21,180 nt of DNA from Promethearchaeota archaeon (GCA_048938025.1 JBHLMP010000037.1:16548-37727), one strand, 5' to 3'; shown: positions 7,197-16,850, numbered from the stretch's first letter. A program made the numbers and translations. The notes: generated from the sequence alone by a model not told the origin.

Positions 7197-7703
7197 ATGA
7201 AAATTAAAAATCGCCATTTTATTAGAAAATCCGAACTGAAACCATTAATGGACAAAATCTTAAATCAGTATAACCAAAAGTTCATTGATCAAGTATTTCC
7301 TAAAAACTCTAAAGTAGAAGTCATTCAAACGGAAGCAGGAGATACACTTTACGCGATTAATAATGAGTTAAAGCTTTGGAAATCAAATGAAGGATATATT
7401 CCCGTTTTAACGCTTCTTTTAAACAAAAGGGTCGATTTAAAAAAGATTAGAGTTGATAAGGGTGCAATTAAATATGTAACTAATGGAGCAGATGTTATGC
7501 GTCCAGGAATTACAGAAATTGATCCAACTATAAAAAAAGGAGATATTCTAGTAATTGTAGATGAAACTCATGATAGAGCTTTAGCAATAGGAAAAGCGTT
7601 ATTTGATGCTAAAGTAATGAAAGGAAAAGATTCAGGTAAAGTGGTTAAAAATTTACACACAATTAATGATTCGGTTTGGGAATTCGAGAAACTATTTAAA
7701 TAA
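7197..7703 (+). CDS. PUA-domain RNA-binding protein (DUF1947 + PUA; MCT-1/Tma20-like)
   Basis: RHFIRKSE N-terminus; VDKGAIKYVTNGADVMRPGI; ALAIG; GKVVKNLHTINDSVW. Confidence 0.92.
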   Translation: MKIKNRHFIRKSELKPLMDKILNQYNQKFIDQVFPKNSKVEVIQTEAGDTLYAINNELKLWKSNEGYIPVLTLLLNKRVDLKKIRVDKGAIKYVTNGADVMRPGITEIDPTIKKGDILVIVDETHDRALAIGKALFDAKVMKGKDSGKVVKNLHTINDSVWEFEKLFK

Positions 7704-7983
7704 TTTCTATTTTTAGTGTTGATAATAATATTTGTCTATCTGATTTTACTAAATCACCAATTACTTTACTCTCACATTCATAAGAATCTATAAAATTATC
7801 ATTAAATAGAGACATTATAAATATAAGTGAATTCTGAATGAATTTATGATAATGTATTTTTTCCGAAATTTTCATCAATTCAATGATTTTCTTATTTCTC
7901 CATAACTCTCTTTGATGAACGTCATTACGGATATAGGAGAATTCCTCTATTAAATCTGAATAGTACTCTGTTTCATTTATCAT
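7696..7983 (-). CDS. Hypothetical protein
   Basis: 95-codon ORF in very AT-rich DNA, convergent with the PUA gene and overlapping it by 8 nt; no motif recognised. Confidence 0.6.
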   Translation of the reverse strand: MINETEYYSDLIEEFSYIRNDVHQRELWRNKKIIELMKISEKIHYHKFIQNSLIFIMSLFNDNFIDSYECESKVIGDLVKSDRQILLSTLKIEII

Positions 7984-8439
7984 TTTCAGAGATACCTCAA
8001 TTCATAAACAAAAGTACTTATTATTCTACAATCTTTTTTAGACATTTTTGAGTTTTAAATGATTTTTTTTTTAAGATTTTACGTTGCTGTATTACAAACT
8101 TTACAATTTGTGTGTAAAAAATTGATTTTAACATCTAAAAGCTTGTTATTAATGTTTTATGATTTTTATTCCAAATGAAATTAACCCCAAGTAAAGTTTT
8201 TATAGTGAGTAATTCATAATCCTTTACTTCATGATTTAAAAAGGAATTTGAGGTGACCATATCTTATGTGATATAAAGTTAAGAATTTGTAATATCTCCA
8301 TAATATATTATGCAAATATTACACGATATTATTATAAAACTTGATTTTATATTACTTTGGACTATATAATGATGACATTAACACATGTATTGTTGAATAT
8401 ATCGTGATAACTCATCATAATTAGAGAAAATAAGAGGTT

Positions 8440-8751
8440 GTGCGTGAAAGTATGAGCATGTATCGATCATATTTACTGAAAAATAATTTTTGGGCAAAAA
8501 AAGGTAATGAAAAGAATCCAGAAGCCGAGAAAGTATTTATCAAACATGATTCAGAAGTGGGAGGTATTTATGCAATTATTCATAATGATAAAAGGGGAGT
8601 TAAAATTATTGCTGAAGGGAAAGAGTATTTCTTCAACAATTTTGATAAATTAGACACTTTTTTAAATCAACTTCAACAAAGAAGAGACGATTTCATGAAA
8701 ATTCTCAGAAGAAAAAATATTTCTAAAAGATTAAGAATGTTAGATATTTAA
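8440..8751 (+). CDS. Hypothetical basic protein
   Basis: 103-codon ORF; GAGGT just upstream, so the true start may be a slightly later ATG (8452 or 8458); no motif recognised. Confidence 0.65.
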   Translation: MRESMSMYRSYLLKNNFWAKKGNEKNPEAEKVFIKHDSEVGGIYAIIHNDKRGVKIIAEGKEYFFNNFDKLDTFLNQLQQRRDDFMKILRRKNISKRLRMLDI

Positions 8752-8867
8752 ATATAAATTTTCTATTTTAAACACGATTAACTTTGTGTAAGATTATAGT
8801 TAATCATTACCTTAATTAATATTATAAAAGATGGTCTTTTAGAAGTAAATTATCTGGAGATATATTT

Positions 8868-9311
8868 TTGAAAATTTTAATTAATAGAGTCTATCAAAAT
8901 TATAAAGATGATAATTGCCATGAAGCATGGATACAAGCTCAGCTAACAAGTAATCGCGAAATTAAAATTTTCGACCCAGACTGTTTAATTCCTAAGGATT
9001 GTGAAAATAAAATTATTGATTGTTTAATTTCACTGATGATATGGGAAGAAGCTCCTTATTTTACTGAGTTAAGTGGAAAATATTTAGGAAGGCATAGAAT
9101 CTCATCAATAGAGAGAGCGAAATATGTAATTCCTACCTATTTAAAAGATCTTAACATAGATAAGAGAAATTATCTCGAAGGACTTTATGCTTTTCAAACT
9201 GAAGAGGGTTTATTTTTTGTAGAACAAGATAGATTACATGGAAAAGAAGGTGAAGAAATCAAGATTAAAGTGTTTAGATTTGATGTCTTCGCATGGTGTC
9301 CAATCCAATGA
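8868..9311 (+). CDS. Hypothetical protein
   Basis: 147-codon ORF with a TTG start preceded by GGAGA at ~8856-8860; no motif recognised. Confidence 0.7.
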   Translation: MKILINRVYQNYKDDNCHEAWIQAQLTSNREIKIFDPDCLIPKDCENKIIDCLISLMIWEEAPYFTELSGKYLGRHRISSIERAKYVIPTYLKDLNIDKRNYLEGLYAFQTEEGLFFVEQDRLHGKEGEEIKIKVFRFDVFAWCPIQ

Positions 9312-9362
9312 TTAGAGAACTCTATTACATAAAATATAATTGTTAGGATTTAGAAATCAAAT

Positions 9363-10973
9363 TTATTTAATATAAATTGGTTGAAGCCCTGTTTGAAAAT
9401 GACGCAATCTGAGTTTGGCACCTCGAGATATCTTCACTTTAGGGATTTTATCTCGATTACGATATAATTCTGTTACTGCTGCTACAGCATAATCGATATG
9501 ATCTTTACCATAAACATTCCTTGGGATAGCAAATCGTACCAAATTTAAAATACCTTTACGCTGTTCAGAGGTTTTATTATCCCATTCAAAAGCAAACGGA
9601 CCTAATTCACAAGCCCTAATCCCATAATGTCTTAGAAGTTCAATTGTAAAACCAACTCCCCCAAAATCATTTATTTTCATATCTGTTCCTTCAAAAAATT
9701 TATTCATATTAAGATAGATTGCATGCCCACCAGCAGGCAATATAACAGGAACTCCATTTTGGGCTAATTTTTGGGCAAAGTACCTAACCTGCATTATTCT
9801 TTTTCTTAACGAATTTTGATAAATAGTTTCATAAAGACTTGTAGCTAGAGCCATTATATCTCGTCCACTTAAGCCCCCATAGGAGTCATTCCCAAATGTA
9901 AGTATTTGTTTTTCTTTTAATTTAATGCCAATATCACCTTCAATTGAGAAGTTTTGGTGGAAAACACCTCTATCTTTAAAGAACAATCCTCCTCCAATGT
10001 TTGCCATTCCTTTTTTGAAGCTAATGGTGAAGCCGTCTACATAAGAAAACAATTCTTTAACGATACTTGGAATCGTTTTATTCTTATATCCATTTTCAAA
10101 TTCTTTAATGAAATTGGCATTTTGAGCAAATCTACAAGCATCAAAGAAGAGAGGTATATTATGTTTTTTGGCAATTTTATTAACTTCTTTTATATTTTGC
10201 ATCGAAACGGGTTGTCCTGCAGCAGTATTGTTAGTAATCGTTATATAGATTAATGGTATAGATTCTACTAATTTTTCTTGAATAAGAGCGTCTAATGCAT
10301 TTATGTCCATATTTCCCTTAAATGGATTTCTAATATCCATCTCATCGTAAGGAAAATCATCTAAAAGGTTAGCTGAGAATAAATTTATAGGAATGATCCC
10401 ATTAGCATTAATATTTGCTTCAGTAGTATCAAAATGGCCATTATTAGGTATATAATATTCTCTATTTGGATCTTTTTCCTTTAATATTGGAGCTATGGTT
10501 GAAAAAAGTAAATGTTCAGCACAGCGACCCTGGGGAACAATAAAAGCATTGGGATGTGAAAGTTGAGTTACTCCTCCATTAACAAATCCTCCTTGATAAT
10601 CTATAAGATAAAGCTCATCCATCAATCTTTTAATATTAGTTTCGCCAGAAAGAATTAAATTTATAGCACGTTTAGGTTTATCTCCCCTTTCAAAAGTATC
10701 TCTAATGGCATCAAGAAGAACATAATAACCCTTATTACGAGCATATGATTCATCTCCATGAAATAGTGCCGACCATTGTAAATCTGTCATTGTACCAGAT
10801 CCAGAATCTGATAAAAAATCTACAAAAATTAAGTCTGCTGGAAATGAGAACATATTATATTCAGTTTTTTTCAGCGCGTATTCACGTTGTTCTTTTGTAA
10901 CCTCCTTTATAGTTCTAACAACTAAAGGCTTATTCGCAGGAATTGGAACTCCTAATTCATTTTGAGATTTCAA
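9363..10973 (-). CDS. tnaA: Tryptophanase (PLP-dependent beta-eliminating lyase)
   Basis: DFLSDSG, GDESYA, QGRCAE, HFDTT, FFDACRFA, SFKK (PLP lysine), SYGGLSGRD, VRFAIPRNVY, LRHF. FDTT and LRHF favour tryptophanase over tyrosine phenol-lyase (FTTT, LRFF). Confidence 0.85.
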   Translation of the reverse strand: MKSQNELGVPIPANKPLVVRTIKEVTKEQREYALKKTEYNMFSFPADLIFVDFLSDSGSGTMTDLQWSALFHGDESYARNKGYYVLLDAIRDTFERGDKPKRAINLILSGETNIKRLMDELYLIDYQGGFVNGGVTQLSHPNAFIVPQGRCAEHLLFSTIAPILKEKDPNREYYIPNNGHFDTTEANINANGIIPINLFSANLLDDFPYDEMDIRNPFKGNMDINALDALIQEKLVESIPLIYITITNNTAAGQPVSMQNIKEVNKIAKKHNIPLFFDACRFAQNANFIKEFENGYKNKTIPSIVKELFSYVDGFTISFKKGMANIGGGLFFKDRGVFHQNFSIEGDIGIKLKEKQILTFGNDSYGGLSGRDIMALATSLYETIYQNSLRKRIMQVRYFAQKLAQNGVPVILPAGGHAIYLNMNKFFEGTDMKINDFGGVGFTIELLRHYGIRACELGPFAFEWDNKTSEQRKGILNLVRFAIPRNVYGKDHIDYAVAAVTELYRNRDKIPKVKISRGAKLRLRHFQTGLQPIYIK

Positions 10974-11196
10974 GACATTTCATCTAATTTGAAAATTCAA
11001 ATCATTCTATTAATTATTTTGGTATTATCTAAATGGTGATTTATGATTAAGAAATATTATAAGAAATATTCTAAAGCATTTAGATAAATTGTTCAATGTT
11101 TAAAAATTTAAATATCTAATAGTCATATCTAAAAAAACAGGTGTAATCTATTATTTTTAAATCCAGCTAATTATTTGATAATTTTTCTAATTGCTC

Positions 11197-11868
11197 CTAA
11201 GCCCAAATAACCGTTCCCCCTCTTTCATGACGCTTTTTTAAATCATTAAAGATATGACTGATAACATCATCCCTAGTTATTGCTTTTACCCATTTTTTAT
11301 CCCATTCTGAACCATTAAAAGCATTCTTCCATTGTATCGAATAACGTAATAATCCTAGCAAAGCTCTGGTTGGAGCATCCATTGTCTCTAACTTCGTTGT
11401 AAAAAGAGTACGCACATTATTAATTAATGCCTCCCGCATTTCTGGTTTAATTAAAATAAGCTGGCTTCCTTGATTTTGTATAATACCTTTATTTTCAAGC
11501 TCCTTCCACAGACCATTCTCTAAATTCCATCTCTTATTCGCTAAAAATTTGATTAATTTAGATAGATTATTCGATCGAAATTTTTGTAAACGACCAAAGA
11601 TAGTTTGTAAAAAGGGGTTATCGACTGGTTTTTCTCTCTGCATTGTAAATGTACATAATTTACGAAGGTCAGCATATGTCTCTAGGAATTTACTACCGAA
11701 GCCAAGAGATCTCTGTAAATATGGCTCGAGATTACCCGAGATTTCTAAATCGTGTACAATTGAGGTTGCAAGAGTGTATCTTTTGATCCAACTCTTCGCC
11801 TTCCATTTTAATACATTGTTTTTATATCTTGAACAGATAAGTAAACATCTTTCTCCTATAAGTAACAA
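11197..11868 (-). CDS. GOLPH3/Vps74/GPP34-family protein (divergent, putative)
   Basis: Ordered motifs LLIGERCLLI, YTLATSIVHDLEISGNL, PVDNPFLQTIF, LENKGII and DAPTRALLGLL parallel the GPP34 pattern (L.LAEELLLL, GLAGA.L.EL...G.I, PTGDPLLD.AL, LV..G.L, D.RT.AL..LL). AGGAGG SD at 11878-11883 before the TTG start. Confidence 0.65.
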   Translation of the reverse strand: MLLIGERCLLICSRYKNNVLKWKAKSWIKRYTLATSIVHDLEISGNLEPYLQRSLGFGSKFLETYADLRKLCTFTMQREKPVDNPFLQTIFGRLQKFRSNNLSKLIKFLANKRWNLENGLWKELENKGIIQNQGSQLILIKPEMREALINNVRTLFTTKLETMDAPTRALLGLLRYSIQWKNAFNGSEWDKKWVKAITRDDVISHIFNDLKKRHERGGTVIWA

Positions 11869-12005
11869 AATGATGATCCTCCTAAGAACTAATTATTGAT
11901 TTCACTTATTAAATAAAATAATTAGCTTATGAATATAAATCTATTTAATAGATAGAGAATCACACTGGAGCATTTTGGAATAAAAATAGATAAATCAAGG
12001 ATCTA

Positions 12006-12536
12006 TTATATGCCTGATTTTTCAATCATTATACGACTTATCGTTTCGAAAACAACTTCTACATTTTCTCCAGTTTTAGATGAACACTCAATAAAATCTA
12101 AAAAATTATTCTCCTTGGCAAAAATTTTTCCCTCTTCTTTAGAGACTGTTCTATTTTCTTCAAGATCGAATTTAGATCCAACTAAAATCGTAGAAACCTC
12201 TTGATTATTTTCTTTATTAGCCTTATTAAATACTCTCAACCACTCAATTAATGATTCAAATGTAGAATATTGGGTAATATCATACATAAATATAGTTCCT
12301 TGCGCCCCAAGAACTGCACTAGGTAAAAGAAATCTGAATTTTTCTTCTCCCGCAAAATCCCATATTTGTAAAGATATTTTATTTCTATTAAGTTCAAGTT
12401 TTTTCAAATAGAAGTCCATACCAATTGTTAGTTGATATCTCTCTTCGAAAATTCCTGTTAAATATCGATTAGTTAGAGTAGTTTTACCAACTCCTCCATC
12501 CCCAAAAATTACAACTTTATATTTTGTATAAGTCAT
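12006..12536 (-). CDS. Rab-like small GTPase (Ras superfamily)
   Basis: G1 GDGGVGKTT, G2 TIGMDF, G3 WDFAGE, G4 GSKFD, G5 ECSSK; no prenylation motif. Confidence 0.95.
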   Translation of the reverse strand: MTYTKYKVVIFGDGGVGKTTLTNRYLTGIFEERYQLTIGMDFYLKKLELNRNKISLQIWDFAGEEKFRFLLPSAVLGAQGTIFMYDITQYSTFESLIEWLRVFNKANKENNQEVSTILVGSKFDLEENRTVSKEEGKIFAKENNFLDFIECSSKTGENVEVVFETISRIMIEKSGI

Positions 12537-12725
12537 TTTCTAGAGCTTTTTATTACTAATTTATAATGAAAAAATCTAGCTTAAATAAATTGAATTTTTA
12601 ATTTAAAGATTTATTAATACATAGATTTATAAGTGTATGAAGGTTAGGCGTGCTATTACTAAAATATCAAAATTTTAAATCGAATGAATATTCTATGATT
12701 TTAAAAAGTGAAATAATTAATAATT

Positions 12726-14414
12726 ATGGAATTACCAGATTATATAAAAAATCGGTACTGGAAGGATTACTTGCCCCCTGGAATAACGTTACAGATAAAC
12801 ATACCTGAAGATATTTCTTTGGTTGATATTTTTGAAAAAGGTGCTAAAGAATATAGCGATAATATAGCAATGGATTATTATGGAAGAGAATTTACGTTTA
12901 AAGATATGGATAATTTAACAAGACGATTTGCCAGTGCCTTATTAAAGTTAGGTCTAAAGAAAGGAGATATTGTCGCTCTATGGTTGCCAAATTGCCCACA
13001 CTTTAGCATTTGTTATTTTGCTACATTAAGTCTCGGTGCAACCTTAACAGCTATTAGTCCCTTGTTCGTTGCGAGAGAAATGGCTTATCAAATAAAGGAT
13101 TCAGGTGCAAAATTTCTAATAATGATTGATAGATTTTTTCCTCAATATAAACGAATTAAAGAGGAGTTACCATTAGAAAAAGTAATTCTTGTTAATGTTG
13201 AAGGTAAAACTCCAGATATTCCTGAAGATAACAAAATTTTACATTTTAATACCTTAATGGATCAAAATCCTGAACCAATCACAGATTTTAAAATTGATAT
13301 TAATCCTAAAGAACATATAGCTGTTATTCAATATACAGGAGGAACAACAGGTTTACCTAAAGGAGCAATGCTTACGCATTATAATATTATTGCAAATATT
13401 TATCAAATGAAACAAATTTCCGATTATATGAGAGAGGTATATCTTAAAGAAAATTTCATAACTCTTTCTGTGCTTCCATGGTATCATATTTATGGGCAAA
13501 CATGTGAACTTGCCCAAGGTCCTTTACTTGGTTCAAAAGGAATAATAATGGCTACATTTGATATCCCCCAAATCCTTGAAGCAATTCAGAAGCACAAGCC
13601 AAATTTAATGCTTGGAGTTCCAACAATGTTTATAAATCTCTTAAATTATCCTCAGAGTAAAGATGTAGATTTTTCTAGTTTGAAATATGCTAACGTTGGA
13701 GCAGGAGCCTTGCCCACTGAATTATTCAAAGTGTGGGAAGAAAAAACAGGTTTTGCATTGGGAGAAGGCTACGGATTATCGGAAACAAGTCCAACAGTCA
13801 CAAATTCTCCACCCTGGGCAAGAAAAAAATTTGGGAGCTGTGGTCATCCAGTTGCAAACACTTTGGTAGGTATAATTAATGAAGATTTAGAATTTTTAGA
13901 TATAGAAGAAGCGGGAGAATTAGTAGTTAGTGGTCCACAGGTAATGCTAGGATATCATGATCGTCCAGAAGAGAATAAGAAAGTCTTTTTTGAAGCAGGG
14001 GGTTATAGATGGCTGCGAACAGGTGATTATGCAAAAATGGATGAAGAAGGTTATATTTTCCTTTTAGATAGAGTTAAAGATATGATAAAATATAAGGGGC
14101 ATAGTGTATATCCGAGAGAAATTGAGGAGATTCTATATGAACATCCAGCTATTTTAGAATGTGGTGTAGTCGGTGTTCCAGATCCCGTGAAAGGGGAGGA
14201 GATAATGGCTCATATTATTCTTAAAACTGAATATCGTGGCAAAATTTCAGAACAGGAAATTATTGATTGGTCAAAGGAAAATATGGCAGCATACAAATAT
14301 CCAAGAATTATAAAATTTGTACCCAGTTTACCTAAGAGTGCTGTCGGAAAAGTATTAAGACGAGTTATTAGAGAGAAAGAGGTTAAAAAAGCAGAAAAAA
14401 GGAGAAAAAAGTAG
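12726..14414 (+). CDS. fadD: Long-chain-fatty-acid--CoA ligase (ANL adenylate-forming family)
   Basis: QYTGGTTGLPKG, EGYGLSETSP, GELVVSGPQVMLGY, WLRTGD, DRVKDMI, LPKSAVGKVLRR. Confidence 0.9.
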   Translation: MELPDYIKNRYWKDYLPPGITLQINIPEDISLVDIFEKGAKEYSDNIAMDYYGREFTFKDMDNLTRRFASALLKLGLKKGDIVALWLPNCPHFSICYFATLSLGATLTAISPLFVAREMAYQIKDSGAKFLIMIDRFFPQYKRIKEELPLEKVILVNVEGKTPDIPEDNKILHFNTLMDQNPEPITDFKIDINPKEHIAVIQYTGGTTGLPKGAMLTHYNIIANIYQMKQISDYMREVYLKENFITLSVLPWYHIYGQTCELAQGPLLGSKGIIMATFDIPQILEAIQKHKPNLMLGVPTMFINLLNYPQSKDVDFSSLKYANVGAGALPTELFKVWEEKTGFALGEGYGLSETSPTVTNSPPWARKKFGSCGHPVANTLVGIINEDLEFLDIEEAGELVVSGPQVMLGYHDRPEENKKVFFEAGGYRWLRTGDYAKMDEEGYIFLLDRVKDMIKYKGHSVYPREIEEILYEHPAILECGVVGVPDPVKGEEIMAHIILKTEYRGKISEQEIIDWSKENMAAYKYPRIIKFVPSLPKSAVGKVLRRVIREKEVKKAEKRRKK

Positions 14415-14470
14415 AGTCTTATTATTGTTCTTATGCACTATACATTTAAGCAAACATATCAATAATATAA

Positions 14471-16849
14471 TTGAAGGCTAGAACATTGAATGAGAGAATA
14501 ACAAAATTACGCAATGAAAGTCGTAAAGCAATCCCCTATATCTCGTTAGAAAGAGCTTTATTAATAACAAAATTTTATAAAACTGGTGCTGCTCATAAAT
14601 TTTCGCCACCGGTTGCTAGGGCTAAAGCATTTAAATACATTATAGAAAATAAGAAAATATGCATTAATGAAGGAGAATTAATTGTTGGTGAACGCGGACC
14701 TGAACCTAAAGCAACACCCACTTATCCTGAAGTTTGCTGTCATAGTTTAGAAGATTTGGAAATATTACATAATCGAGAAAAAATTTCTTTTAAAGTATCT
14801 GAAGATGTAATACAAAATCAAGAAGAGATAATAATTCCATTTTGGAAGGGAAGATCAATTCGCGATAAAATTTTTTCTCAAGTTGATAAAGAATGGAAAG
14901 ATGCATACGAATCTGGAATATTTACAGAATTTATGGAACAAAGAGCTCCCGGACATACTGTGGCAGGAAAAAACATATGGAAAAAAGGATTTTTAAATTT
15001 TAAAAAAGAGATAGAAATTAGTATCAAAAACTTAGACTTTTATAATGATCCTGATGCTTTAGATAAGAGAGAACAATTGAGAGCAATGGATATTGCAGCA
15101 GATGCAATTATCATACTAGCAAAACGTTATGCTCAAGAAGCTTTAAATTCAGCAAAAAAGCAAAGTGATCCGATTAGAAAAAAGGAATTAGAAAAGATCG
15201 CTGAAATTTGTTCTCATGTACCCGCACATGCACCTAGAACATTTTGGGAAGCCCTCCAACATTATTGGTTTATTCATCTTGGGGTTATAATTGAATTTAA
15301 CACATGGGATTCTTTCAATCCTGGACGTTTAGACCAGAATTTATATCCTTTCTTTGAAAAAGATAAAGCTGAAGGAATTTTAACTCAAGAAAAAGCTATT
15401 GAACTTCTTCAAGCTTTTTGGGTAAAATTTAATAATCACCCAGCACCCCCTAAAGTTGGTGTTACAGCTGAAGAAAGCAACACTTATACCGATTTCTGTA
15501 ATATAAATTTAGGAGGATTAAAAGAAGATGGAACTAATGGTGTTAATGAACTCTCCTATATGCTTCTGGATGTAATTGAAGAAATGAGAATACTTCAACC
15601 AAGTAGTAATGTTCAAATTAGTAAAAAGACTCCAGATGAGTTTTTAAAACGAGCACTCAAAATTGTTAAAACTGGCTTTGGTCAACCCTCAATTTTTAAT
15701 ACTGATGCCGTTATACAAGAATTAACTAAACAAGGAAAATCATTAATTGATGCTCGTAATGGGGGGGCTAGTGGTTGCGTAGAAGTAGGGGCTTTTGGAA
15801 AAGAGGCATATATTTTAACAGGATATTTTAATCTTGTAAAAATTCTAGAAATTACTCTAAATAATGGAAAAGATCCAATAACAGGCAAAGAAATTGGATT
15901 AAAAACGGGAGATCCTATTAAATTTAAAACTTTTGATGATTTAATGGAAGCATATACAAAACAGATTAATTATTTTGTTGATATTAAAATTAAAGGAAAT
16001 CAAATTATTGAACGACTTTGGGCTCAACTTCCAGCTATTTTCATGTCAATCATTATTGAAGATTGTATTCAGAATGGAGAAGATTATAATAATGGAGGAG
16101 CAAAATACAATACTTCTTACATCCAAATCGTTGGGATGGGTAGTATAACCGATTGTTTAGCTTCTATTAAATATAATGTTTATAATAAAAAACTTATTAC
16201 AATGGAAGAATTGTTAAAAGCACTCGACACAGATTTTGATGAATTTGAGGTTATAAGACAAAGATTAATATATAAGACTCCAAAATACGGTAATGATGAA
16301 GATTTTGCTGATAATATCACTAAACAAGTATTTGAAATTGTTTATAATGCAATTGATGGGCGTCCAAATACTCGAGGTGGAGCACATAGGATAAATTTAT
16401 TACCTACAACGGTACATATTTACTTTGGAAAAATTACAGGGGCGACCCCTGACGGGAGAAAAGCATATTATCCCTTATCTGAAGGAATTTCACCAGTACA
16501 AGGGATGGATCTTAAAGGCCCTACAGCAGTAATAAAATCTGCTGGGAAAATTGATCATCTCCGAACCGGAGGAACTTTATTAAACCAGAAATTTTCCCCT
16601 ACATTTTTCTCAAGTGATTCTGGTATGAATAATATTATTCATCTAATACGTACTTATTTTGAAATGGATGGACATCATATACAATTTAATGTCGTTTCAG
16701 CTGATACTCTACGAACAGCCCAAAAAAACCCAGAACAATATCATAATTTAATTGTAAGAGTAGCAGGTTATAGCGACTACTTTAATAATTTAGGTGTAGT
16801 CTTACAAGATGAGATAATTAGAAGAACAGAACATTTATCATATTATTAA
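14471..16849 (+). CDS. hypD: Glycyl radical enzyme, trans-4-hydroxy-L-proline dehydratase type
   Basis: RVAGY glycyl loop and SGCVE Cys loop. HypD-type motifs EQRAPGHT, WDSFNPGRLDQ, PKVGVTAEESNTYTDF, ILTGYFN and LPTTVH. TTG start. Confidence 0.85.
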   Translation: MKARTLNERITKLRNESRKAIPYISLERALLITKFYKTGAAHKFSPPVARAKAFKYIIENKKICINEGELIVGERGPEPKATPTYPEVCCHSLEDLEILHNREKISFKVSEDVIQNQEEIIIPFWKGRSIRDKIFSQVDKEWKDAYESGIFTEFMEQRAPGHTVAGKNIWKKGFLNFKKEIEISIKNLDFYNDPDALDKREQLRAMDIAADAIIILAKRYAQEALNSAKKQSDPIRKKELEKIAEICSHVPAHAPRTFWEALQHYWFIHLGVIIEFNTWDSFNPGRLDQNLYPFFEKDKAEGILTQEKAIELLQAFWVKFNNHPAPPKVGVTAEESNTYTDFCNINLGGLKEDGTNGVNELSYMLLDVIEEMRILQPSSNVQISKKTPDEFLKRALKIVKTGFGQPSIFNTDAVIQELTKQGKSLIDARNGGASGCVEVGAFGKEAYILTGYFNLVKILEITLNNGKDPITGKEIGLKTGDPIKFKTFDDLMEAYTKQINYFVDIKIKGNQIIERLWAQLPAIFMSIIIEDCIQNGEDYNNGGAKYNTSYIQIVGMGSITDCLASIKYNVYNKKLITMEELLKALDTDFDEFEVIRQRLIYKTPKYGNDEDFADNITKQVFEIVYNAIDGRPNTRGGAHRINLLPTTVHIYFGKITGATPDGRKAYYPLSEGISPVQGMDLKGPTAVIKSAGKIDHLRTGGTLLNQKFSPTFFSSDSGMNNIIHLIRTYFEMDGHHIQFNVVSADTLRTAQKNPEQYHNLIVRVAGYSDYFNNLGVVLQDEIIRRTEHLSYY

Positions 16850-16850
16850 A

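Noticed and set aside
8776-8805. Inverted repeat GATTAACT-N14-AGTTAATC
   Set aside because: Only 8-bp AT-rich arms; plausible by chance and without other support.
9954-10253. 99-aa + strand ORF
   Set aside because: Antisense shadow inside tryptophanase; no motif.
11549-11899. 116-aa + strand ORF
   Set aside because: Antisense to the GPP34-like gene, which has the strong SD and family motifs.
12010-12204. 64-aa + strand ORF
   Set aside because: Antisense shadow of the GTPase gene.
13687-13869. 60-aa + strand ORF
   Set aside because: Alternative frame inside the acyl-CoA ligase; no independent support.
15682-15888. 68-aa - strand ORF
   Set aside because: Antisense shadow inside hypD.
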